Shown: positions 1 to 6,486 of the stretch, in pieces
Layout: every line of letters starts with the position of its first letter
Numbering within the stretch: position 1 is the first letter of the stretch
Origin: Bdellovibrionota bacterium
GTDB taxonomy: Bacteria; Bdellovibrionota_C; UBA2361; OMIW01
DNA length: 21,528 nt
Direction: 5' to 3'
NCBI GenBank assembly: GCA_044345055.1
Contig: JBIJBT010000048.1
Span: 1-21,528 of the forward strand
Position numbers and translations under genes: made by a program
The notes under the pieces: model-generated
What the model was told of the DNA's origin: nothing
Databases searched by the model: none
The model's input: only the letters and a program-made list of their open reading frames with translations

Positions 1-82
1 TATCACCGAAGAAATATTTTTAGATCGATTTTTTCAAGAAAGGCTCGAGAACTACCGTAAACGACATTTTTCTCATCCCATT

Positions 83-109
83 ACCTCCATATCCCAGAGG
101 TATAGAGGT
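83..109 (+). repeat. 27-bp palindromic repeat family A, copy 1
   Basis: ACCTCCATAT-CCCAGAG-GTATAGAGGT; outer arms CTCATC (72-77) / GATGAG (118-123) extend the hairpin. Confidence 0.85.
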
Positions 110-156
110 GGGCGGACGATGAGGGGGAACAGGTTCAGTTAAAAGGGCTAGATATA

Positions 157-209
157 TAGCTCATTAAATGGTATTAATATGAGTTATACCTTAGGAGGTT
201 TTAACTCAT
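157..209 (+). promoter_or_regulatory. Inverted repeats around the fic ribosome-binding site (putative operator or RBS-sequestering hairpin)
   Basis: ATGAGTTA (179-186) / TAACTCAT (202-209) enclose AGGAGG (193-198) and overlap the ATG; related half-site TAGCTCAT at 157-164. Confidence 0.5.
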
Positions 210-1452
210 GCTTTGGAACTGGGAACAGGAAGATTGGCCTGATTTTAAATGGGACCGTAAGGCCATTGCTGGGCTGGAGGCCCAATTTTTGCGGCAATCC
301 GGCATTCTGATTGGCTCTTCCAAGCATTTTAAAAATGAAGAAAAGGAAGTTCTCGTTGTCGATATGATGACGGCCGAAGCTGTTAAAACATCCGAGATCG
401 AGGGTGAGTTTTTGGACCGTGATAGCGTTCAATCTTCAATCCGCCGTAATTTTGGCCTGGATACGGATAATCGCCGTGTCCAACCTGCCGAGCGGGGAAT
501 TGCCGAAATGATGGTCGATCTTTACCGTAACTTTGCGGAGCCCCTGTCTCACCAGTCCCTCTATAAATGGCACAAACTGATCGCGAGCGGTCGGAACGAC
601 CTAAAAGACGTGGGGCGCTACCGGACTGACGACGGCCCTATGCAGGTGGTTTCCGGCGCAATTCACACTCCCAAAATCCACTTTGAGGCGCCACCGTCCA
701 GCCGAATTAAAGCCGAAATGGACCGCTTTCTGACGTGGTTCCGTAAGACAGCTCCTGGCCAGAAAGGCGAGCTCCCAGCCCTCACTCGGGCGGGCATCGC
801 TCACCTTCACTTTGTGTGCATCCACCCATTCGAGGATGGAAATGGTCGCATTGCTCGGGCGCTCGCCGAAAAGGTGCTTTCGCAAAGCCTTGGTGAACCG
901 ACTTTGGTTGCACTGTCTCAGATTATTCAACGAAAGCGTAAGGCCTACTACGACGCATTGGAGCTAAACAACAAATATAATGAAATTACTGACTGGTTGG
1001 CATACTTCGCTAAAACGGTCCTAGAGGCACAATCTTATACCCTGACCGTGATCGACTTCCTGATTGAAAAGACCAAGCTCTATGACCGGACACGGAGTCA
1101 GTTTAATGAGCGGCAAGCAAAGGTTATCGAACGGATGTTCCGTGAAGGACTTGAGGGGTTCAAGGGGGGCTTGAGCGCTGAGAACTACATTTCCATCACC
1201 GGAACCTCCCGTGCCACCGCCACCCGTGACCTACAAGAGCTGGTTACCTTAGGCGCTCTCAAAAAGACCGGCGAACTGAAATCAACCCGTTATTGGCTCA
1301 ATATTGAAATTAAAGAAATTCATCATGTTGGATATCAACAGAATGAATCTGGCGTGGCGGCAAATAAAGAACTGGTGAGTGCTCCGCATTTTGGACCAGG
1401 GAACAAGAAAGGTAGACCCAGTAAGAGGTTCCCTCGACGTGCCTCACCTTAA
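208..1452 (+). CDS. fic: Fic family protein (DUF4172 N-terminus, Fic domain, C-terminal HTH)
   Basis: Canonical Fic motif HPFEDGNGRIAR; N-terminal WNWEQEDWPDFKWD; SEIEGE motif; C-terminal SRATATRDLQEL; AGGAGG RBS. Confidence 0.95.
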   Translation: MLWNWEQEDWPDFKWDRKAIAGLEAQFLRQSGILIGSSKHFKNEEKEVLVVDMMTAEAVKTSEIEGEFLDRDSVQSSIRRNFGLDTDNRRVQPAERGIAEMMVDLYRNFAEPLSHQSLYKWHKLIASGRNDLKDVGRYRTDDGPMQVVSGAIHTPKIHFEAPPSSRIKAEMDRFLTWFRKTAPGQKGELPALTRAGIAHLHFVCIHPFEDGNGRIARALAEKVLSQSLGEPTLVALSQIIQRKRKAYYDALELNNKYNEITDWLAYFAKTVLEAQSYTLTVIDFLIEKTKLYDRTRSQFNERQAKVIERMFREGLEGFKGGLSAENYISITGTSRATATRDLQELVTLGALKKTGELKSTRYWLNIEIKEIHHVGYQQNESGVAANKELVSAPHFGPGNKKGRPSKRFPRRASP

Positions 1453-1480
1453 AATCCCCTGAAGAGTCGGTATTTGAGGA
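1435..1480 (+). repeat. Solitary IS-end-like sequence (family B)
   Basis: CGACGTGCCTCACCTTAAAATCCCCTGAAGAGTCGGT aligns without gaps to the reverse complement of the IS end at 6389-6425 (CGAGTTGCCTCAAATTAAAAGACATTGAAGAGTCGGT). Confidence 0.7.
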
Positions 1481-1520
1481 TTCATTGATTCTGTACATAA
1501 TGCCTACCCCCTCTCTACCC

Positions 1521-1547
1521 ACCTCTCTACCTCAGAGGCATAGAGGA
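1521..1547 (+). repeat. 27-bp palindromic repeat family A, copy 2
   Basis: ACCTCTCTAC-CTCAGAG-GCATAGAGGA; left arm CCTCTCTACC duplicated at 1510-1519. Confidence 0.88.
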
Positions 1548-1576
1548 GGTAGGTTGGGGGGATGATGAGGTGGGGG

Positions 1577-1600
1577 CCGTTGCTGCGACAAGGGCGCTAC
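1577..1600 (-). repeat. GTAG-type REP-like hairpin (family C), copy 1
   Basis: Minus strand GTAG-CG-CCCTTGTCGCAGCAACGG; 22/24 identical to 8580-8603. Confidence 0.6.
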
Positions 1601-1688
1601 GGTTAGCTCACGCCTGGTCCCTAGAAGAACAGCCCCTAACTGCTGGAGTATCGCGTCTAAACACAATTTTCGCCTCCGCTGCTTGTCG

Positions 1689-1886
1689 TCATGCGGCAAC
1701 CGTCTCGTACGAAAAGTCGAGCTTACCCTGGGCTTGCTTGGCGTGCTCGATAGTCAATCCAACTACCTTACCGTCTTTATCGAGCTCTAGGAGCACGTTG
1801 TCATTCAACTCCTCCGTTCGAGCAGGCTCTCTGTCACTTAATTCGATATAAAGAGTATCTGTATCTTCAAAATATCTGACTTTCAT
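1689..1886 (-). CDS. DUF2283 family antitoxin-like protein
   Basis: 65 aa, MKVRYFEDTDTLYIEL...LLELDKDGKVVGLTIEHA is the characteristic DUF2283 pattern. Confidence 0.9.
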   Translation of the reverse strand: MKVRYFEDTDTLYIELSDREPARTEELNDNVLLELDKDGKVVGLTIEHAKQAQGKLDFSYETVAA

Positions 1887-1891
1887 GCGTC

Positions 1892-1957
1892 CTAGTCCTT
1901 ATAAGTTCGGTCGAAAAACGCGTTATGAATAGTTTCCCCGTCCTCCAGAAGAACAAC
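1892..1957 (-). pseudogene. 3' remnant of the toxin-like partner usually found upstream of DUF2283
   Basis: Hand translation VVLLEDGETIHNAFFDRTYKD*, ending 5 nt before the DUF2283 ATG; the 5' part is replaced by repeat A copy 3. Not in the ORF track. Confidence 0.75.
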
Positions 1958-2014
1958 CCCCGTGCCTCTATTCCCGTGCCTCTATTCCTCAGAGGAATAG
2001 AGGCACGGGGGTTG
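1954..2014 (+). repeat. Repeat family A, copy 3 (core 1978-2004): perfect 37-bp palindrome with a duplicated arm
   Basis: CCCGTGCCTCTATTCCTC-A-GAGGAATAGAGGCACGGG (1973-2009); 14-bp CCCGTGCCTCTATT tandem at 1959-1972 and 1973-1986. Confidence 0.92.
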
Positions 2015-2239
2015 GAGATTGATCTAATTATCGAACGTCCGAACGAAAGGCCTGTCTTGATCGAAATAAAATCAACCGACGTAGTCCACGATCGCCACCT
2101 CACCCACCTCCGCACCACCATCGCATCCTTCCCCGAAGCGATTGGCTACTGCTTTTGTAACGAACCGATCCGACGAAGGGTCGGCGATATCACGATAGTG
2201 CCATGGTGGGAGGGATTGGAAGAGGTGGGGCTCGGCTAA
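2009..2239 (+). pseudogene. C-terminal fragment of an AAA ATPase/DUF4143 protein (PD-(D/E)xK-like end)
   Basis: GLEIDLIIERPNERPVLIEIKS matches the E-x-D-h...h-E-h-K end of DUF4143 proteins; the upstream part of ORF 1925-2239 is repeat sequence and antisense toxin sequence. Confidence 0.75.
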
Positions 2240-2305
2240 ACCACGATCCCTAGTCGCATCTGCTTTATTTACTGAAACCATCCTCAAAAAAGGTTCGGAA
2301 CGAGG

Positions 2306-2980
2306 TCAGAAGTACTTCCGAAATATCCATTCTATTCGCTCAACGCGAGAGATCGCCTCTCTTTCAAGGCAACTTCCCACGACTTCTCTGAAATCGCCCG
2401 GTCGAAAATCCTCGATGACCCCTCTCACAAAAAGCCGCACATCTTCGTCCAATTTGTCCAGGTGCCTGGCTGGATCGGTACATCCATCCAAAACCAATAT
2501 GACATCCTCTAGGTCTGAAGACTGCCTGGGGTCAACCCTACCGCGCGAAAGAAATGCCTCCAATTTCGAGGCGATGAAGAAGGGGAGAGAAAAGATATTT
2601 ATCAATGTTCCCGAGGGCAATTCATGTCTGACTCTTTGACGAGCGCCTTCTGGATACCATCTATTTGAAAAACCGACCGCCTCTGGTTTTGTTGGCATGA
2701 TATCTACCTTTATGCCCTTAAAAACCTTTCGGCAGACGGGTGCGCCAGGAGAGCTGTCATCTAAAAACCCTTTTTTTCTCAACAGTTGTTCAAACTCCCC
2801 GTATTCATGGTACGTCAATGCTTCGACGACACAGTCCACATCTTCCGTCGGCCGAGGTTCGCTGGCTGACGGAGAATCCATGTAGAGGCTCGTCACGATC
2901 CCACCTACGAACACGACCTTCTCGAGAAGTTCTCCAAACCCCGCGGCAACTGTTTCGAGCAAACTAACTTGCGGGTTCAT
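2306..2980 (-). CDS. Nucleotidyltransferase, AbiEii-like putative toxin
   Basis: VFVGG...RPTEDVD NTase motif, KVDIMP, ASKLEAF..RG and SDLED motifs. Confidence 0.85.
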   Translation of the reverse strand: MNPQVSLLETVAAGFGELLEKVVFVGGIVTSLYMDSPSASEPRPTEDVDCVVEALTYHEYGEFEQLLRKKGFLDDSSPGAPVCRKVFKGIKVDIMPTKPEAVGFSNRWYPEGARQRVRHELPSGTLINIFSLPFFIASKLEAFLSRGRVDPRQSSDLEDVILVLDGCTDPARHLDKLDEDVRLFVRGVIEDFRPGDFREVVGSCLEREAISRVERIEWIFRKYF

Positions 2981-3503
2981 CTGATTCTCCGAGTACTCGA
3001 GTCCTCAGCTCTGCTATCGCCATCGTCTGCTCTCTTGCTCTACCAATGCGAACAGCGTCGACGAGTGCCAATAGCTCATGCAGTCTCTTATCCTTTAACG
3101 CCGCATCGGGAACGCTCGGATAAAGGGGTAAAAGAGACTCACCCCGAACTTTTCCGTCTTCATGAGGCCAAACATAGGCAAGCTGGCCGGCTACTATTTT
3201 GTTCGCAAGGGGCGAGGCAGAATGGGCTGTTGGTATGCCCCTTTTTATCGCTCCGACGGTCGCCGGAAATACATATTTGAGTCCGTAAACGAGGAACTCA
3301 AACGCCGCGCGCCGATAGGGAGTGCGCTCCGCCGTATCTAAAAGGTGGGCGGCCTGCAAGCGCTTAAGCCCCATCGACACCTCTGACTGACTAATTCCTA
3401 ATTCACTCGCGATGTCGACCAGACGACGCGGCTCTACTTCCACGAGCAGTTTGATTAACAACACAACGTCTTGAGGCTTTAAACGGGCAGAGCGTTCTTC
3501 CAT
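2964..3503 (-). CDS. HTH-containing partner of the nucleotidyltransferase (putative type IV antitoxin/regulator)
   Basis: LKPQDVVLLIKL start, HTH (LVDIASELGISQSEVSMGLKRL), GIPTAHSASPL, PLYPSVP, LLALVDAVRIGRARE; overlaps the NTase start by 17 nt; ATG at 3503 preferred to 3566. Confidence 0.82.
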   Translation of the reverse strand: MEERSARLKPQDVVLLIKLLVEVEPRRLVDIASELGISQSEVSMGLKRLQAAHLLDTAERTPYRRAAFEFLVYGLKYVFPATVGAIKRGIPTAHSASPLANKIVAGQLAYVWPHEDGKVRGESLLPLYPSVPDAALKDKRLHELLALVDAVRIGRAREQTMAIAELRTRVLGESDEPAS

Positions 3504-3509
3504 GTATTT

Positions 3510-3538
3510 AGCATAACATCGCAATTCGCGATTTGCAA
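3510..3538 (-). promoter_or_regulatory. Sigma70-type promoter with an overlapping palindromic operator
   Basis: -35 TTGCAA (3538-3533), 17-bp spacer, extended -10 TGtTATGCT (3518-3510); palindrome GCAAtTCGCGAtTTGC at 3521-3536. Confidence 0.65.
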
Positions 3539-3754
3539 TATGCAATGCGCCGACAAGCCACGACAATCAGCCTGTTCGACCAAAATTATGTTACCCAAAC
3601 GTCGTAACTCCTGGGAATTAAATAGCCGCGAATCTCTTTATCGTCGGGACATAGACCTTGAGGCCCTATATTGCTCAATGGTATCAATGCTTTAACTCGC
3701 TTTTTAGGGCGGTTTTTTTGTCGGCGTTAACAGGCAACCGTGGTTATTCCGCCG

Positions 3755-3781
3755 ACCTCTACGTCTCTGAGCGAAAGAGCC
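3755..3781 (-). repeat. 27-bp palindromic repeat family A, copy 4 (inverted)
   Basis: Minus strand GGCTCTTTCG-CTCAGAG-ACGTAGAGGT followed by CGGCGGA (copy 1 is followed by GGGCGGA); supplies the TAG stop of ORF 3759-4568. Confidence 0.8.
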
Positions 3782-4568
3782 TCGGGAGAGAGCTCCGGGG
3801 CTTAACTTCGCCATTGGGATTAAAGGGCTTTATCGTCCCCAACCCGTCCATGATTGCAGTTTCCCTCTTGCCTATCAAAACAACAAAGCCGGAACCGCAA
3901 TCGCGTTGGTAAAAGGGGGTCGGCGAATTGCTGAGGTCAAGGACCTCTTTGGTAAGACCAAAGACAAATGATTTGTGAACTTCGTTAACGTCGTAGCCCG
4001 ACATGAAAACGGCTGAAACCGCGTAACTGACGGTGGCTCTCTCCTGTTCAGCTAGGTCACACAGTCCGAACCACTTCCAGAAACCGCAGGGCGCGCGAAG
4101 AAGTGTGGGCAACGGACGGGTATTGAGAGACACGGTTTCGCCCTTTTGTTCCAAAAAAACCTGGTACGACGTCTGGTCGCCGACAGCAAAAATTTCTCCA
4201 TTGGCGGCTTGAAGCAGGGTGGCTTCCCCATGATCGGGTTGCACAACACTGCTCGTCAAATGAACGCCTTCACGTTCGAAAACAAGGAAGGGATCTTTAA
4301 CACGAAGGATGCCGTTTAGGATTTCCAGTTTTTTTGGTTTGCCCCCGATAGGAAGCAGGTCGACTGCGGGGCATTTGTCCTGCGAGGGTGATCTGGGTGA
4401 TCTTAGTCTCGCGGGGTGGTCGCCAAGCCTGGCTGATCCCTGCATCAGAGTTCTACCGCCAACGATCAGGATAACGATCGCAAGCGATGACAGAAACACT
4501 AACTTGGACATCGAAATATTGCTCCAGTAGAGACTTTGTCGCATCAGCGTTTTCAAAGAGATTTGCAC
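3759..4568 (-). CDS. Hypothetical protein with an N-terminal hydrophobic anchor or signal segment
   Basis: 269-aa ORF; KLVFLSSLAIVILIVGG hydrophobic stretch; true start may be the MSKLV methionine; no family recognised. Confidence 0.6.
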   Translation of the reverse strand: MQISLKTLMRQSLYWSNISMSKLVFLSSLAIVILIVGGRTLMQGSARLGDHPARLRSPRSPSQDKCPAVDLLPIGGKPKKLEILNGILRVKDPFLVFEREGVHLTSSVVQPDHGEATLLQAANGEIFAVGDQTSYQVFLEQKGETVSLNTRPLPTLLRAPCGFWKWFGLCDLAEQERATVSYAVSAVFMSGYDVNEVHKSFVFGLTKEVLDLSNSPTPFYQRDCGSGFVVLIGKRETAIMDGLGTIKPFNPNGEVKPRSSLPRLFRSET

Positions 4569-4674
4569 CCGAGTCTGTCAAAGTCAATGCTGGATCAGGG
4601 GCGGAGCACCCTTTGTGGTCACGGCTGTTGTCTTGTTTTAGATCAAATCAAGTATCAGGGCGACCCAGGTATCG

Positions 4675-4736
4675 CTTACCTCTATAACTCAGAGGTATAG
4701 AGGTAAGGTGGTATAGAGGTAAGGTATAGAGGTAAG
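4675..4736 (+). repeat. Repeat family A, copy 5 (core 4678-4704) with a triplicated right arm
   Basis: ACCTCTATAA-CTCAGAG-GTATAGAGGT; GTATAGAGGTAAG at 4695-4707, 4711-4723 and 4724-4736. Confidence 0.92.
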
Positions 4737-4866
4737 CCGAACAAAGTCTTGAGGACCTTTGGGAGCTGAGCTGTTTTGTGTACGGGGTGACGCCTAATAT
4801 TGCGATGGATAAATCTGTCGGGATAAAGGGGTTTCGGAAGAAACGGGCCTGATCTTCTGTTTCCCG

Positions 4867-4935
4867 GAGGCAACGACCTTCTGAGGTTACCCAAAAATAG
4901 CGACTTTTTGATGGCTTTTAATTTGAGGCAACTCG
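4867..4935 (-). repeat. Extra copy of the IS upstream end (family B)
   Basis: Close direct repeat of 6359-6425: GAGGCAACGACCTTCT...CGACT...CTTTTAATTTGAGGCAACTCG. Confidence 0.85.
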
Positions 4936-5037
4936 GGGGGCAATTCGGATTCGTTATGCCTCATTAGAAAATGACATTGAAGAGGCACCGTTCTAAAAGG
5001 TGCCTTGGGGTGCTCCGGGGCAGCGAGGAAGTCTCTT

Positions 5038-5122
5038 CCCGATGGGAGTTATCCACAGGGGGCGGGCGTTGGGTCCTCCAAAGACCCCTTGAGCACGCCC
5101 CCTGTGGATAACTCCCATCGGG
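5038..5122. other. Perfect 27-bp inverted repeat downstream of the transposase containing two TTATCCACA boxes
   Basis: CCCGATGGGAGTTATCCACAGGGGGCG (5038-5064) / CGCCCCCTGTGGATAACTCCCATCGGG (5096-5122); inner GGGTC/GACCC stem. Confidence 0.85.
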
Positions 5123-5149
5123 CCACCGACCGCTCGTTAGTGGTCGAGC

Positions 5150-6352
5150 CTACTGACTCTCCTGAGCCGCTAGCCAGTCATCGAACGTGGTACTTGCTAA
5201 TGCCTTTACCCGTTTTAGTTTCTGCTCGATCCGCTCACGGAGGGCGAACGGGTCGAGGCTCTCATATCGTATCCTGAGTTGCTCTTTGACTGCTTCTGAA
5301 ATTTCCGGACTCTTGAGAACTCTTTGATACGGGGTTTTTGGTTTGTCGTATTTACGAACAATCCGCGATCCCACCCGAATCTTCTCCTTGAGTTTCATGT
5401 TCGGACAGAAGAAATTCTTCCAGTCAGACCACTCATTGGCATAGATGTCGTTGATAAGGGGCACGAGCTCGGGGTTTTCAAGTCGCACATACCCAAGGAG
5501 TGCTCGCGCCGTGGTCCAGTTTTTCTGCTCTACATGCGCGTTATCATTCTTCTTGTAGGGACGGCTCCGAGAAAGACCTATCTTCTTTCCCTGAAAGTAT
5601 CTGACCAGATGATCATTGAGAAATTCCGACCCGTTATCACAGTCAAATCCCAAAATCGGAAATGGCAGCGCCGCCTCAATGTCTCGAATCGCCTCAACCA
5701 CGTTGACGGCAACCTTGGTCCACACCGCTCGGTTCTCCGTCCACTGAGTTGCAATATCAGTAACCGTTAGAGTCAGAACAAACGGTCCCTTCGATGAAGA
5801 TCCAGAATGCGCCACAGTATCTGCTTCTACAAAGCCAGGAACGGTAATATTCCATGTTTCAGTCGATAGGGGAATTTGAGAGCGCAAAAGGCTGCCCGGC
5901 TTGGTCAGACTCCTCCCGCGCCGGTATTTGGCCTTGTACGGCGCTAGGACCCGATCTATCGAGGCTGCGCTAATCGCCAGAAGCAGCGACCGCACCTCCT
6001 CACTGACCCCCTTTTGATGCCGCCTCTCAAGGTGCGGAAGCACAAGAGGAATCGCCGATTTTAACAGCTTGCCACACGCCCAATCAGAGCAAAACCAGAT
6101 CTGTTTTAGCCCTTTTATGAACTCAGGCGACTGATAACGGGATGCCCGCCCGGGCTTCTTGCGAGCCCGTTTGTACCCACTATTCATCAACCTAATCGCA
6201 TAACACCTTGATAACTCCAAGGTTTCGCATAACTCATCAAGAATCAATCCCCTCTTTTTCTTGTCACTATTGTGGTACCTTCGCGCTATCTTACTGATAT
6301 ACTTCCGCTTATCCTTCATCGTCATCTTGTCATGGTCCTTTTTCATGACCAC
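5150..6352 (-). CDS. DDE integrase-core (rve) transposase
   Basis: PGFVEADTVAH, FDCDNGSEFLN, SRSRPYKKNDNAHVEQKN give D-D-E; KTPYQR near the C-terminus; exact start uncertain. Confidence 0.92.
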   Translation of the reverse strand: MVMKKDHDKMTMKDKRKYISKIARRYHNSDKKKRGLILDELCETLELSRCYAIRLMNSGYKRARKKPGRASRYQSPEFIKGLKQIWFCSDWACGKLLKSAIPLVLPHLERRHQKGVSEEVRSLLLAISAASIDRVLAPYKAKYRRGRSLTKPGSLLRSQIPLSTETWNITVPGFVEADTVAHSGSSSKGPFVLTLTVTDIATQWTENRAVWTKVAVNVVEAIRDIEAALPFPILGFDCDNGSEFLNDHLVRYFQGKKIGLSRSRPYKKNDNAHVEQKNWTTARALLGYVRLENPELVPLINDIYANEWSDWKNFFCPNMKLKEKIRVGSRIVRKYDKPKTPYQRVLKSPEISEAVKEQLRIRYESLDPFALRERIEQKLKRVKALASTTFDDWLAAQESQ

Positions 6353-6486
6353 TTCGATGAGGCAACGACCTTCTCAGGTTCCCAAAACACCGACTCTTCA
6401 ATGTCTTTTAATTTGAGGCAACTCGCTACTTTTCCGCGTGGCAAGGCATAACCCTGGTACGATTTCGTGCACAGGACCGGGGCTAC

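Larger units (their letters stand above)
4952..6425 (-). mobile_element. Insertion sequence with an rve/DDE transposase (IS481-like/ISNCY-type; family not firmly assigned)
   Basis: Imperfect terminal IRs TGCCTCATTAGAAAATGACATTGAAGAG (4957-4984) vs CTCTTCAATGTCTTTTAATTTGAGGCA (6394-6420) around one transposase; exact ends uncertain, no target duplication seen. Confidence 0.8.

Noticed and set aside
1..141. Possible 3' end of an upstream gene (frame 1 stops at 60; frame 2 reads ITEEIFLDRFFQERLENY... through repeat copy 1)
   Set aside because: Too little sequence to choose a frame or assign a product.
1867..2239. ORFs 1867-2121(-) and 1925-2239(+) as complete genes
   Set aside because: Both run through the palindrome; only the sub-segments 1892-1957 (a different frame) and 2009-2239 look like real protein sequence.
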